Positions 22,001 to 36,882 of a stretch of DNA of 64,000 bases are shown piece after piece. This DNA comes from a virus. Taxonomy: Duplodnaviria; Caudoviricetes. Made by a program: the position numbers and the translations under genes. Position 1 is the first letter of the stretch, and the number at the start of each line of letters is the position of its first letter. The stretch lies in the IMG/VR virus record IMGVR_UViG_3300033463_000039, positions 32,001 through 96,000 of that record. One strand, 5' to 3'. The notes beneath the pieces are model-generated. The model had not been told where the DNA came from and ran no database searches. It was given only the letters and a program-made list of their open reading frames with translations.

Positions 22001-25000
22001 TACATTTGCACTTCCATGATAAGAATTCCATCTTCCACTATAATATCCCATATCAAGATCAATTCTTAACATTTCTCCTACTTGCATACTAGAATAATCT
22101 ACCGTTCTAACAAGTGGAGAACTTGTATCACTACTTCCAGAATGATTTAATATTACAGTTTCTTCAGTTGTAAAACCAACTGTAATTGAATTTCCATTAA
22201 CTCCTACTATTGTATATTGATATCTATTTTGACCTATTACAATTTCTCCTACTTTTGGAGTTGTATCAGGTCCAATTAATTGACTTCTTAAATATATATT
22301 ATTTGAAGGAGCAACGGTTGCTGCTCATACTGAAGCACCAGCTTCGCCATCAGAGCCTTCTAATTTAAACCATGTATAATCACCTGGGTTAATAGAATCT
22401 TCTTCTGTTGTATCTACATACGTTCCCATAAATTCACTAGGAGTTTTTGTCATTTGACTAAAACTTGAAGGATTTATTACATCTGAGTAATAATAGTGAA
22501 AATATGATGAATCTCCTGCTTCACCTTGAGTTCCTCTTAATCCTAAATTTATATTAAATTGTTGAACTTGCGTTCAAGTAACATTATTACTATCTGTATA
22601 ACTAAATGTCGCAGTAATTAAATTTGTAATATTCTCTATTGCTTTTGTTGAATCTGCAGTTATTACCATATTTTTATTATTTACACTTCAATAATAACTT
22701 AAATTTGTTATTGATGAAGGACTAAATGTACAAGTAACACCTGTAACATCAACATTTTTAAATTTTGGATAACATTGAATTGTATATTGTTTATTTTCAC
22801 TTGGATGATGATTTGTTTCTGAAGGTATTGTTATATTATTTGTAATTGGATTCATTTGTAAAAATGAAGTTGCATTATCCAAGTCTGTAATTTCTTGTTG
22901 CACTGTTCTTTGTGAACCTGATGTCATATATAATTGAGTAGCAACAACTTTACCATTCTGATCAATAGAAAAGTTACCATTTCCTCAATCTATACTTGGC
23001 GCAGATAAGTTGATCTGCATACCAGTTCCCGCAGTAGTATCATAATTACCAGATGTTAAAATTGCTTGATTTGTACTTGGATCAATTACTATTTGTCCGG
23101 ATCCAGTTTTTCCAAATCTAGCTGAACCATCACTAGCATCTAAAGCTATAGTTCTTTCTCCAGAACTATATCCAAATAAACCTGTTTCAATCTCTTGCCC
23201 AGTTTCTTCTATACTTCCTAAAAATACTCCTGTAAATGAATTGTCTTGTTCTTTTCTACCTGCTCCAACCTGAGGAGATAAAATTAAACCTTCATCTTCA
23301 TTTATTTGAATACTATTTCCATTTCAATCATTCATTAAAGCATTACTATATTTATTTAAATAAAGATGAATAGGAATTTGAATTGAACCCATACTTGATA
23401 CAGTACAAGTTATTCCATTATTTACACATAAACCATTAAATTCATCAACAGGCTTGTAATATTTTTGATTATTATTTAAAACTTGTCCATAAGTTTTTCT
23501 TAATTCTATATTAGACTCATCTTGTCAACCATTTATATATGTACTACCATAAATTTCCCATGTGTAAGTAGAAGTTCCGCTTACATCTGCAGTTCCATTT
23601 AAAGTAACTATTTCAAAAGGTTGATTATTATCATACTGAGGATATCTTCCATCAGTTGAATATATTGCATAGCGGAAGCCGCTATTTTTCTTTAGTTTTA
23701 ATGTATAATTACTATTTGAAACTCTTGATACTATAACTGGCATTGTATCATAATAAGTCATACCATCATAAGTTACATTACATCTTACTATGTTTGCGGG
23801 GTCTGTATACTGTGTCCCGTCAAATGTTACAGCACCGGTTGCCGCATTTATATTTAAGTTAGAATCTTCTGTAATAACAACAGAAGATTGATTTTTTGTA
23901 TATCTATTTTTTAATATACTCCAAGAAACATCTACATCTTTGAAATTTCCTTCATCATCTTGCTCAATATTAGAAACTCCTGAAGTAACATCTTCAAAAA
24001 TTTTAATTCCATCATGTCATAATTGAACTTTAAACCATAAGTTTTGACTTACTGGAGTATAATTTAAGCTATAAGTTCCTGCGGCAGTATTATAAGTTAC
24101 CATTGGATAATCATTTAATTCTCCTGTCGCAATATTTGGAATTATTTTACAAATAAAATCTGTACCATTAGTTCCAGATTCACCTTCTTTTATAAAAGAT
24201 AAATTACTTTCTGCTTGATAAGAAACCCCTTCATAATCTATTTTTAATTTAATATTATTATCACTAGCATTTATATCATATTTTGTAGCAATCTCATACC
24301 CTAAAGAATAAATATTTGTATAAACATAATGTCCATCTTCTACTGTTGGAGTCCCATAAGAACTAGGTATAATTATCATAGTATCTGTCATAGGAACTAT
24401 CCATTTAATTGCTGAGCCTGGAATTCCACTTTGAGGAATCTCCGCACCTAAATCATCATATAAAGTAAATGTTAATGGCAATAGAGTAATAGGATTATCT
24501 AATGATTTATTATTTGGCGCAATTCCTTTTTCATTATATTTATAAACTTGAACTCCATTATTTATTACTAAATTATATTCTTGAGCCTTTTCTAATGAAT
24601 TATATAATATAATAGAACCAGTTCCAATATAATTTCCGCTATACCAAACTGAACATTTATAAACTGTATAATTTATAATTTCATTTACTGCTACATTTTC
24701 ATAATTTTTACTTGTAGTATTTAAATCTTTAAAGCTTCCATAACAATCAATAGCAGCTCATGAATAAGTATAATTTGTATCAGTTTGAGAAGTTCCATTT
24801 ATTAAACATGATAAATCTGTATTTCCTACATCAAAATAAAATTGAGTTCCATTACTTGATGCTATTGTTATATTATAACTAGAACTTAAATTATATATAA
24901 TAACTTCTTTTTCTAATATTGTATCATTATTATATACAGCTACACATTTATATTTATTTTCTTTTGCTAAATTATCTTGTTTAGCTACTGAAATTTCATT

Positions 25001-26116
25001 TCCTGCACTATTTCATTCAATTAATAAATTATTTGGATCTGTTTGATCAATTATATTATATTCATTTAAACATTCCCAACCAGAACCACCTAATTTATTA
25101 TACTTTTCTGAATGAATTGTAATTCCTACATTTTCTTTAAACCAATAGTAAGAAAGATTAGCAAAATCATCACTTGCGGCCTTGCCTTTTACACGAACTT
25201 GAGCTTGTATCTTCCTTATATCGGTTGCCGCACTTTGATTATCAAAATAAATTCCTTGAGGTGTTATTAATGATAATCCACAACTTGTTAATTCTTCTTC
25301 TGGAATTAAATCTGCAGAATAAATTTGAACATTTTTTACAAATATATCATCTTCTTTTCCTGTTGCTGTGTGAGGAAAATTATTTGAAAAAATTTGTATT
25401 TGATCTATAGATTGAAATTTTAATCCATCTATTTCATAAGCACTAATTTGTTTAGTAAAATTTACTAAATTATATGGATTTCCGTTCATATTATCAATAT
25501 CAATAATAAAGTCCCTTTCTACAGGCTCTCCTGCCTCATCTGCATATGTAGTTTTAAAAGAAATCCCATAATTTCCTCTAAATTTTTGTTCTAAAGGTAA
25601 ATTAGTTTTAAAATAAGCACCTAATAATAATGCAGTACCATTTTTAATATATAATTCTGCGGCATCCGCATTATAATCTATTAAATTTATATTATTATCA
25701 GCATCATATAAAATTACCGAGTCTCCACCCGATTGATAAGAGCATAATCCAAAGACATCTTCAGATTGAGCTATATTATTACCTATTATATTATATCTAT
25801 TTTCTACAGAAATATTATTAATATAATCTGTTCCTAAGCTGTCAACAGTACCAATGATAGTTTTATTACTTGCCATATTATTGCCTGGAACAAGAACATA
25901 AACTAAACTGCCAACAGAATAAGTAACATCTGTTGAAGTAGAATAAGCATAAAAAGCACTATCTTGAAATTTTACCTTATACTTGCCAATTGCGGCATCT
26001 TGTACTTTTAAAATAGTACATTGAATAGTTTTATCGTAGTCAGCATTTTGAACCGCATGATCAACAAGGCTTTGGATTGTGTCAAGAATTTGTTTCTCAT
26101 AATTTGTTGCACTCAT
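19007..26116 (-). CDS. Giant tail (central fibre/host-specificity) protein, about 2369 aa
   Basis: Six track ORFs share one frame and each ends in TGA. Short Gly-X-Y linkers and Ig-like beta repeats. Located directly after the tape measure. I did not translate every gap base by base. Confidence 0.8.
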
Positions 26117-26156
26117 TCTTTTCTCTCCTTTTTTCTCCTATTTTTTAATTCTATAT

Positions 26157-26200
26157 AAATTTTAATTTTCATTTATATTTATTAATCTAAATTAACCAAA
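26157..26200 (-). promoter_or_regulatory. Putative late-promoter motif
   Basis: TTTGGTTAATTTAGATTAA-N19-AAAT. Confidence 0.5.
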
Positions 26201-26202
26201 AT

Positions 26203-26234
26203 AAAAAAGGAAGATACCTGAAGTATCTTCCTTA
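26203..26234 (-). terminator. Intrinsic terminator after tape measure gene
   Basis: AAGGAAGATAC/GTATCTTCCTT stem followed by a U tract. Confidence 0.8.
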
Positions 26235-26238
26235 AATT

Positions 26239-29200
26239 TTATTTCTTTCCTATATATTGAGATGCGGCATTTGTTAAATTATTTAATGCTGTTTCTATTT
26301 CAATAGCACTCTTAACATTAGGGAAATTAGCTGTAATATGAACATCTTGTTCTAATACTGAACCATTTCCACTTCCATTTGCCACATAACCGCCTGAAGT
26401 TGCACCTGAAAGGCGCTCAAGGGTAGTTTGACCAACTGCCGCAGTTATATTTCTCATAATTGCAACAGTATCAAGTAAATTTCTAGTATCTTTTGCATTT
26501 AATACTAATTCTTTTTCATGTAAGAAAGCAGCTTTTGCATCTCTACTATTCCAAGTTCCTGTATAACCACCAGTATCTAGATATACAACTTCTCCTGGAT
26601 AAATATAGTTAGCATTTCTCCCTCTTAAATGATCTTTATTATGTTGCCAAATTTCAGTATATAAACTTGCTTTTCCATAAAATCTTCTTGCAATTCCCGA
26701 TAAAGTGTCTCCAGAAACTACTGTATAAGCCTGTCCACCTAATCTATATCCTGCCCTTGGATTTGAATTAGTTTGTGCGGGCGCTGCTGTAGTTGTTTGT
26801 GCTGGTTTAGTTTCTGGTAAAGGAGTAGCAACTGTTTCTTTAGCTGCGGTCTTGCCTTTTTCAGCTTCAGCCGCGGCTTTTGCAGCTTCCTCTTTTTGTT
26901 TAGCTAAATAATCATGAGCATCTCTTGCTGCTTGTAATTCATCTTTATACGCGTTTGCTAGATCATTAACCCCTGCCGCAAGATCTTGTACAGCTTCTAA
27001 TTCAGCTTTATAGCTTTCTATTACTCCATCATTACTCATTGTTAATGCTTGGTTAACTTCAATAATTTGATCCTCACCATTTAAAACATCTCCAACAGTT
27101 TCATTTATATCTGCTTGGATATTTTGTATAGCTTGATCATATTCTTCTGCTGCATCTTGAATATTATCAAAAGCATCTATTGTAGTAGGTTCAAATCCAC
27201 CTTCATCTTTTATTGCGCTAATCATTTGTTGAATTCCATCATCTCATTGAGGAATTAATCCATTTAGAATTACATCTTGCTCTTCTTGAGTCATATTCAT
27301 ATAAGTATCATATTCTTCTTGTTTTAAATTAGCTAAATCCATAAAAGCAGATTCTCTTAAGTCTGTTCTTATTTTTTCATTTTGTTCTACAATACCATTA
27401 ATTATTTCACCATATTCTTGTTGAATTAAAGCTTCCTTTTGAGCTCTTAATTCTGGGTCATTGATTTGTGCAGCTTCCGCCATTGCTTCTTGATAATCAT
27501 TCCATGTATCATAAGCCTCATTTAAATTATCTATATATCTTTCTTTATCAAAATTATATAGAGAATTATATGCTTCTCTTAATTTATTTTGTGCATCATT
27601 AACAGCTTCATCATCTGCAACATATTGATATCTATAATTACCTTGAGTATCTCTTCTTAATCTTAATGTATTCTTTTGTGCTTGTGCTTCTTCAAGAGCT
27701 ACTTGAGCTACTGTTAATTCATATCTCTTTTGCGCTCTCTCAATATCTTTTTCACTTAATTTATCGGCATTTTTTAATGCATCTAGTTGTTCTTGCATCG
27801 CCGCATTAAGTTTCTTTTGTGCAGACAAATTATCTGTATTATTTATTGCATCTTGATATTTATCTGCTAAATCCGCAATTCCTTGTAATCTATTTATTTC
27901 ATCTAAGAATTGTTCTGTTCTTTCTCCAACAATATCAAATTCATCACTTATATATTGTAAGCCTTTATTATTAGTTAAATTATCATTTAAATTCTTAAAT
28001 ATTTCATTTATAGTATTTGCTAATTTATCTTGTAAATTCTCAACAGCATCTTCAACAAGATCATTTCAATCTGCTACGGCATCCGCTCATTTCTCTCTGG
28101 CCGCCTCAAACTGTTCTGAACCTTGCTCAACTGCATCCATTTGATTTTTCCAATACTCAACTTGTTGTCTTTGGAAATCTAATTGTTTATTATAATTATC
28201 TTGTTGAGCATTATAATAATTAGTTAATTGAGTATAAGCTTCATCTCCAAGAGTGAGTTGAATTAAAGTCATATCATGTTCAATTAAATCTGAAATTGCT
28301 TCATAAGTATCAACTTGATCATCTATTTTATCTTGAACTGCGTCCATTTGATCTAGAACATCTTCTTGAAGTTCATCTTGTATTTCTACAATTTCTTCTA
28401 AAGCATCTTTTAATTTATCAAAATAATCTTCTAAATCTTCTAATGATTGACTTCTTTCTCTACCATAAACATTATCTAAACCTTTATCAAAAGCTCTTAA
28501 TTCATCTAAAGTTTCTTGAACATGTTTACCTAAAGCTTGGACCTCGCCAGTATCTAAATCATTTAAATAAGTTTTTAAATCTTCAATTCTAGCTTTTGCA
28601 TTACCTAAAATGTCATCATCATCTATTTGATCGATAACTTTTTTCTTAAACTCATTTCAATCTCTTTCGGCTTCCGCAATATCTAGACGAAGATCAACTT
28701 CCATTTTAAATTTTTCAATATTCTTTTCAGTAATTTTATCTATTGCTTCTTGAATTTGATCTTGTAAATCTGGAATTTCATCTGTAACTAATTCATCATA
28801 TCTTTCTAAATTCTTTTTAAATTCATCAAAATTCTTTTTAGCTTGTTCTACAGTTTCTTTATAAGACTCTTGAGCGTCTGCGCCAAGAGAATTATAATGA
28901 TTAATAATACCATTTACATAGTTTTCTTGAGCTTGAAGCGCGGCCGCATAATTTCCAATAGTTCCATCAGAATTGAATCTAACTCCAGAACCAGCAAGTT
29001 TTCCTTGAAGTTCTTTCATCTCATCTGCGGCAATACCTAATTTTTGTTGAGTAACTGTAATTTGATTATTTAAAGCTTCAATTTGCTTATTATAATTTTT
29101 TACAAGGTCTCCGCCAAATGCTTTATCTTCAGCATCTTCTAACCTATCTAATGTTGTTTCTATCTGTTCAAGTTTAACATTAACATCATGGTATCTATCA

Positions 29201-32200
29201 ATTTCTTCTTTAAGCGGATCCATTGTATCGGCTTTTTTAGAGGAACCTCCTCCTTTACCGCCGCCTCCGCCTTTCTTTCCACTAGAGCTTCCGCCACCTT
29301 TATTTTTTGATGAATAATTATTTGCTGACCCTGAAGCTTTTTTAGTTAAAGATTGAATTTTTGGAGCAGATCCATCTGTAGTCATAGCCATAACTTCTAC
29401 ATAATCAGTATATTCATAAGCTTCTCCTGGGTAAGTTCTAGTACTCATCTTTGAAGGGTATGTATATTCTCCTTGCCCATCTGGAGTCGTTGCCTTTGCT
29501 ACAGAATCTACTGTAGTTTCAGTAATCGTTGCATGACCTTTCTTTTTTATTTCTTTTTCTTCTGTCGCAAATTGAGCTTCAAATCCCATAGATTCAAAGA
29601 AAGCATTTGCTTGATCTGCTGTCATATGAGCTGTGCTAATAATTCTTTGACATTCTTCTAAGAAAGCTGCTTCATTTTGACTCATTCCATCTAAATTTAA
29701 TTCTGTTCCTACAACAATATCCGGAATTTGATTTTGAATGTTATTTAAACTAGATTGAAGAGTAGCAATTTCTTCTCCAGAAAGTTCATTATCTACTATT
29801 ATTTTTGCTACAATAGCATCTGTTGTGGCAACTCTTAATTTATCAATAGCTTCTGCACTGCCATTTGCAGCCTTTTCAATTAAATCTGCATTTTTAACAA
29901 AGAAATCTCCGTCTAAATATTTTTCTGTATCTTCAGATAAATCAAGAACATCTCCAATAGCATCTCTAATACCTTTTAAAGCATCAAAATATTCTTCACT
30001 TTCTTTTCCAGAATCTTTTAAAACATCTATTCAATCTTCTTGACTTTTTGCTAATTTTTCAAGACCATTGTTCATTCGCATAATAGACTGAGCAACGATA
30101 ACTCCTGCATCAGCATTATGTTCCATCTCATCAGACAGATCATTTATTCCATCCTGTGCATCTTCTGCTCCATTAGAAATAGACATTAAATATTCAGCAT
30201 AATCTGCTAATTCTTCTTTATCTAAGCCTTTCTCTTTTATCTGTTCGTCTTGTCCAGCCAACACTTGTTCAACAGCTTTGGCAGGATCTCATTGATAATT
30301 TTCCTCAGAAAAGCCAGCTTTAAAATTCTCTGTAAATTGTTGTCCACTTTCAAAACCTAATTTTTGGACATCTTCCTCAGAATACCCAAACATATCAAGT
30401 ATCTCTTGATTTGACTTACCTCTAATTTTTTCAGCTTCTTCTGGAGATATGCTTCCAAAATATTGAGAAAAATCAAAAGTTTTATCTGAATCTGCCATAG
30501 CATTGGCTACCGCAAGAGTAAAATTAGCTCCATATTCTTTTCCAGCTTCAGATCCTGCCATTGAAGCTTTTTGTAATAATTTAATGACTTGATCAGTTCC
30601 TTCTTCTACTTCTTCTTGAGCTTTTTGCTGAGAAGCTTTTGATGAAGCTTCATTATAAACTGCCGCACGCATTTTTCCTCTTGCTTCATTAGAAGAAAAA
30701 TCTAATACAGTTTCTCCTGTATCATCAACATATTTTTTTCCTTTTTTAGTTGCTTTAGAGATATCTACTCCTGTTAATTGAGCATATGCTTTAGCTAAGT
30801 CTTCATCTGTTTTTAATTCTGATGTTCCAATTAAATTTTCTAAGTCCTTATCAGAAATTCCTTGTGCTTTTTTTAAATCATTAGTTAATTTTTTATTTAA
30901 ATTTCCAGTTTGTTCTCACATTCCTACTGGATTTACTATCATTCCTAATGCTTTTCCTAAACCTTGCTCTACTTCATGACTTCAGGCTTCTTGTGAAGAT
31001 GCAACATCTCCTCCTAAATTAACTGTCCTTCCTTGATTTTTTAAATCTTGCGCTTGTTGTATTTTTGTCGCTTGCTGTTGAGGAGCCGATTGACCAAGGG
31101 CAGCTAATAATTGAGTATATATAGCTTCATCAAATTCTCCTTTTTCATTATAGGACATAGAAGCTAATCTTTCTCCATACTTTCCAGCTAAATAAGTTTT
31201 ATTTATAGATTCATAATATTGAAGATTTGCATTTTTTACTTTCTCCGTTGCTTCTGCTAATTTAAAAAACTCTTCTTTATTTTTGTCAATTTCTTCACTT
31301 AAGAAATTTAATCCTCATGCATTTCCATCTAATGCACTAACCCATTCTGACATTGATGCTGAGCCATTTTTTAATTGTAAATAAAAATCTTCATTTTCTG
31401 CTTTTAATTGAACTAAACCATTAGTAACTTGATCTACTGTTCCTCCATAAATAGGATTTGAAAAAGAAGTTAATCCATTTTTATATGACTCTCAAAAAAT
31501 TGATCTTTTAGAATCTGTTTGCTGAGATTTTAATTCAGCATTATTAGCTAAAATTTTTCCGCTATACATTCTTGACTCTGCTTTTGCTGCTTTTTCTTGT
31601 GCTTGTGTTTGAATATCATATCATGCATCTTCATCAAAAGTTAAAACACCATTTTTATAAGAAGATTTATCATATAAATCATATTCATCTCTTATTTGTT
31701 TAGCTTTTTCATTAACTTCATTTAAAGCTTCTGCATATTCTTTAGTGCCTTTTTTTAATTCACTTAATTGTTTTACAGCACCACTATAGTCACTCAATGT
31801 ATTTTTTAACTCTTCAGCTTTTTGCTTTGCTTCATTATAAGCTTCAGTTAATTCTTGAGCTTTTTCTGCGGCCTCTGCAGCAGCAGTCGCATCTTGATGA
31901 AATCAGTCAGATAATCCTTTACATGAAGCAACTAATCCTCCAATAGCAACCACTAATAAACCTATATAAAGTAATAAAGGACCTCATGCAGCTATTCCCG
32001 CAGTTCCTGCTTTTACCGCTTCTGCTTCAACAAGTCCTAACTTAGCAGATAAAATTGGTAGCTGTGTAGCAATACCTTTAATACTACTACCAAACATTGT
32101 GAAAATACTAATAAGAGAAGTCATTGTTTGCAACAATTTTTCTCCACCAGATAAAGTTTCATTATCCCAAATATCTTTTATTTTTGGAACCATTGATATT

Positions 32201-34557
32201 GCAGTTGCTAATTGTCCAAAAGAACCTGCCAAGCTAACAATAGATTGAGTTAAACTTACTTTTTCTAATTGTTTATTAATTTCTTCTATATGATCTTTTC
32301 AAATTTGTGCACGAAGATCTAATTTTTGACCTTCTCCTTGAATTTGTTTGTCTATATTTTCTTCGCTTTGCTTACTAATTTGTATTTCTTCTTCTAAAAC
32401 TTTTCTACCTTTTGCTATTGCATCATCAAATTTAGTCTGTTGTTTAGGATTAATAATATCTTGCTTAGAAAATTCTTTAAGAGTAGCTTTAACCTCATTT
32501 ATTGATTTCCTAGCCTCATTGCTTGTTGGAATTATTTTATATAATTCTTTTCTAAGATTTTCTAAAAAAGGTTTAAAATTACCTTCATCCTGATCTAACT
32601 CAGGGACTTCATCAAATAATCTTAAAGTTTCTTGAAGTTTCTTTTGCTCATCTTGAATTTTTTGAATTACAAAATTTCCTTCACTATCTGGATTTAATTC
32701 TGCTATAGAAACTTTTGATTTTCCTTGAGTAATAGTATCATAATATTTTTGTGCTTGAGCTATTTTTTCATCTCAAATAGCTTTTTCGTTTTGTGCATTT
32801 GTAGCTTCTTGAATTGCATTTCCATATTCTTTTCTTTGTCCTGCATCTAACAAAGTATAATAATCACTATAACTTTGTGTTCATCCGTTTATTAATTTTT
32901 GTACTTCATTATTATTTCCTATTTGAGCAAATTGATCTGCAATAGCTTGAGCAAAATGCTGATTTTGTGCATCATTAAAAACTGCTTTTATATTATGAGA
33001 AAATATTGTTAAACCTCTTGCTATTTGAGTACTAAATATTTTTATTGCAGTAGTTCCAAGTAAATTTAAAACCCCAATTCCTCCACCAATAGATTCAGTA
33101 AATTGAGCTAATAATTTTACAACTAAAGTTAATCCGTCTGTAACTCCAGTAATTGCATCTTTATTAATCATTGCATTATATAAACGTTCTCATGCATTAT
33201 TTAATTGATTAATATGAGCTTGAGTACTTTCCATATAAATATCTTGTTGATGTTGTAAAGTTCCTAAAGAATTCTTACTTATCTCTAATGTATCTATATA
33301 CATGTCTCAATTGTCAAATAAAGACATTAATCTTGAGTATTGTCTAGTACCAGCAACTGTTTGTGCTAATGCAACTTGTTGCTCTCTTGACATAGAAGAT
33401 CATTTGCCACCAATCTCTTCTATTACTTCTCCCATATCTTTTAATTTTCCATTAACATCAAGAACATTAAAACCCATATCTGCCATATCAGCAGTATATT
33501 TACCAAGAGAAGTCTCTCCATCTAATCCTGCTTCAATATCACTCATACGAGCATAAATAGTTTTTAATGAAGTTCCTATTGATTCTGGCGCTTCTCTAGT
33601 AACAGAAACAATAGTAGCTAACTGAGCATTTAATTGATCAACATCTACACCCATAATATTTGCAGCAGATGCTACTTTTGACATACCAACACTTAATTCT
33701 TCAAGATCTGCGGCGGTTGCTGCAGCTGTAGCCGCTAATTTATCTACATAATGTTCTGTTTCTGCTGCACTTACTTTATAACCATTTCAAACAGCTGTTA
33801 ATTGCTCAGAAACTTCTCTAGTTGACTGCCCTGTAACATTAGCTGCTTTTAAGGTAGTTTCAGTTCTTGCTGCAGTTTCCTCATCATTTAAACCTTGTTG
33901 GTAATAAATCAAAGAAGCTTCTGTATAATCTCTAGTTGATTTACCTAAACCTTGAGCCGCTTTATTTGCCTGTAAAGCAAATTTATTCATGCTTTCAGCA
34001 GATTTATCAGTGACAATTCTAATATCATTTAAAGAGCTGTCTAATTTCACTGTATAGTCATAAGCTTTTTGAATTGAGTTAACTAAATTATTAAAAATAC
34101 TTGAAGAAATACCATATCTAACAGTATTTTTAAAAGTTGTTCCCATTTTATCTAATAATTCATTTGATTGCCTTAGAGCTGCATTCTGAGTAATAATAGA
34201 TGTTTGAATCTGTCTAAAAGAATTTGCTCCAGTAGCTCCAATTGCATTAAAATCTTTTTGTATTCTCTTTAAATCTAATTTATTTAATTCTTGATTTAAA
34301 GCTCTTAAATTAAAAGTTCCTAAATTAGAATTAAAAGTTCTATCTAATACACTTTGTAATTGATTAACATCAGATTTTAAATTACCATAAGCTTGTCTAA
34401 CTTTTTCTATGTCAGCAGTATCCATTTTGACTTTTAATGCATTAAAACTTGTATTTTGTATTTTATTTAATTCTGCTTGTAATTGAGTTAATGCGCTTTT
34501 ATCTAAATTAAAACGAATACCATATTCAATTTGTCTTCCATAATCAAATTTTGCCAT
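26239..34557 (-). CDS. Tape measure protein with C-terminal LysM domain (about 2772 aa)
   Basis: Ten track ORFs in a single frame, joined by TGA (e.g. VSEQLTAV-W-NGYK). TP901-type N-terminal core, long helical body and LysM YTVVSGDTLSGIARRFYG. Confidence 0.92.
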
Positions 34558-34613
34558 AATCCTTTTTTCTCCTTTTCTCTTTCTTCCAAAAAGAAAAAAC
34601 CTTTTTATCACAA

Positions 34614-34657
34614 ATATGTGATAAAAAGGCTAATAAAATTAATTTAATATACCCAAT
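34614..34657 (-). promoter_or_regulatory. Putative late-promoter motif
   Basis: ATTGGGTATATTAAATTAA-N19-ACATAT upstream of the tape measure gene. Confidence 0.6.
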
Positions 34658-34661
34658 TAAA

Positions 34662-35222
34662 TTACTTCTCTACAGTTGTATTTTCTGGAAGAATAGGTCT
34701 TCCTCCATTTGCGGCAGTTGCAAAATCAACAACTGCTTGATATTTCTTAGGATCAAAATTTTCTACTATTTTTTGTGCGGCTTCCGCATTTCTAGGCAAA
34801 TCTGTAATTAATTGATTTACTATGGCTGCCGCAGTAGTATTATATTTTAATTCATCTTCAACTCTTTGATTTAATAAATTTAATAAAGATTCATATTCTT
34901 GAGTATTCATATTTAATAAAACTTCATTTATTAAACCATTACTCATTAAGCAATCATATAATTTATATTCATCTTCTCTTTGTTTATCTGTAAAAGTTAA
35001 ATTTGTATATAAATACATTAAATGTAAATGAAAATAAGCATCAATTTTAATAGGACTATATAATCTATCTTCTTTTGCTTTTTGACAAGTAATATCTATT
35101 AAATCAATCTTATCTTGTAAAGGCAAATATTGTTTAACTTCAATTTTATTTCCATTAAAATTAAATTCTTTAATATCTTCCTTTGTTTTTAATTTTAAAT
35201 TTGCATAACTTATTTTTGCCAT
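34662..35222 (-). CDS. Probable tail assembly chaperone
   Basis: 186-aa helical protein immediately upstream of the tape measure gene. Function is assigned by position only. Confidence 0.55.
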   Translation of the reverse strand: MAKISYANLKLKTKEDIKEFNFNGNKIEVKQYLPLQDKIDLIDITCQKAKEDRLYSPIKIDAYFHLHLMYLYTNLTFTDKQREDEYKLYDCLMSNGLINEVLLNMNTQEYESLLNLLNQRVEDELKYNTTAAAIVNQLITDLPRNAEAAQKIVENFDPKKYQAVVDFATAANGGRPILPENTTVEK

Positions 35223-35399
35223 TTAAAATCCTCCTTTTTTCTCCTTATATTATATATTGATTTTTTAAAAAAATCAATTAACTGATAAAGTAACTTTTAA
35301 ATAAAATAATAAAAGTTAATTGGTTAATCCCTTAAAAATAAATTCAATTAAGTTTATAAACATTATTTTATTTTTTCGTTCTTTTTCTTTATCAGTTAA

Positions 35400-36800
35400 T
35401 TAAAATTGTAAACTATTTATATCAAAAGCAATAGACACATTTAACTTATGAATTTGACTAATAATATTTTCGATACGAATATCTGCTCCATTTGCTCCTT
35501 CAACTTTTTCATTTTTTATTTTAGGAGCAGTAATATTGCTTTCATGAGAAATTTTAAAACTTTTATTTCTTAATAAATCATTATCTAAAATTTTTTGTGT
35601 ATCTATAACTTTAACTTTTCCCATCTTACTGTCCATTAATACAAAAACATTTGCATTTTCATTATTTGTTTTTAATGGATTTCCGCTAGAAAAAGCATCA
35701 TATAAAAGTTCAAAACGAACAGCATTATCTATTTCTTCTTGAGAAACATTAACTCCATGAATAGGTTGAATATTTGCCGCATGAATATTTATTCAATGAT
35801 TCGCATACCCACTATTTATCATTGCTAATAATGCATATAACAAACTTTGTGTTTGTAAATGAACTCCTCATTTATTAACACCTTCCCAATTTAAATTATA
35901 ATTTTTTACAGAAGCTAATACAGATTCTCCTTTTATATTTATTTTTACATCGACTTTATTTTGAGAACTACCAAAAGTCAAAGTTGAACCATCATCTAAA
36001 ACATGTGAAAAAGAAGATACTTGATTTGTATCTAATCCAGCTAATGCTGACTTAGAAATTGAAATCTTAGCTCTCTGATTTCCTTGAATAGCTCCTTTTA
36101 TCGCTTCTAAAGCTTCTTTTTCACTTAAAGCATTTATATTATCATTACAAGCTGCGACTATTGCTTCTCCAAAAAAGCCTCTAATTGCACTTTGAGTTGT
36201 ATTAAAACTATTATTAATAGATTTTGCTTGCACTTTTTGGAGAACAGATTGTATATTTTTTGTTGAAATATCTTCTGGAGTAACAGTTATTGTTGAGTTT
36301 GTAATTTTATTATATAAAGTAATTAATTTTTCTGTTCATTTTTCAAAAGTATCTTTTCGCATAGTTGAGTTAGTCTTAAATTTTTCTAAAAGTTCTTTAA
36401 ATTCTTTCACATCTGCTCGTAAACTTTTTAATTCTGCGGTTGTATTAGTAACACCTGAAAAAGTTCCTTTTGAAAACTGTGCAACATTTCCTTCTGAAAA
36501 TTTATTTAATGCCTCTGTTGAAGTAACTTCTTCTAATAAAGTATAAATATAATCTATTCTTTTTTGAATTTCTGTATTAACTATTTGCCCATCTGCATTT
36601 TCTTGTATATCAGAATTTTCTTTTAATCTCATCTCTAATTGAGATATTATAGATGGAGAAATTTCTTGAATAGTTCCTAATCTTTGTTTTTTATACTGTT
36701 CAAAAGGAGTCACACTAAAATTACTTCCACTCTTTTTATTTACACCATGTTTTATATAATTAATAGTCATAAAATGTACATAATTTCCTATAGCTCCCAT
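35400..36800 (-). CDS. Hypothetical protein (466 aa under TGA=Trp)
   Basis: Three track ORFs in the same frame, AAAGGAG RBS, TAA stop. Confidence 0.75.
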
Positions 36801-36821
36801 AAAATATCTCCTTTATATATT

Positions 36822-36849
36822 AAAAAAAAGGAGGATTTTACTCCTCCTT
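36822..36849 (-). terminator. Intrinsic terminator after major tail gene
   Basis: AAGGAGGA/TCCTCCTT stem followed by a U tract. Confidence 0.75.
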
Positions 36850-36882
36850 AAAAATACCTACTTTATAAGAAGGTACTATAAA

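Noticed and set aside
34560-35222. Classical -1 tail-chaperone frameshift
   Set aside because: No convincing slippery site near the 3' end and no room for an extended frame before the tape measure gene.
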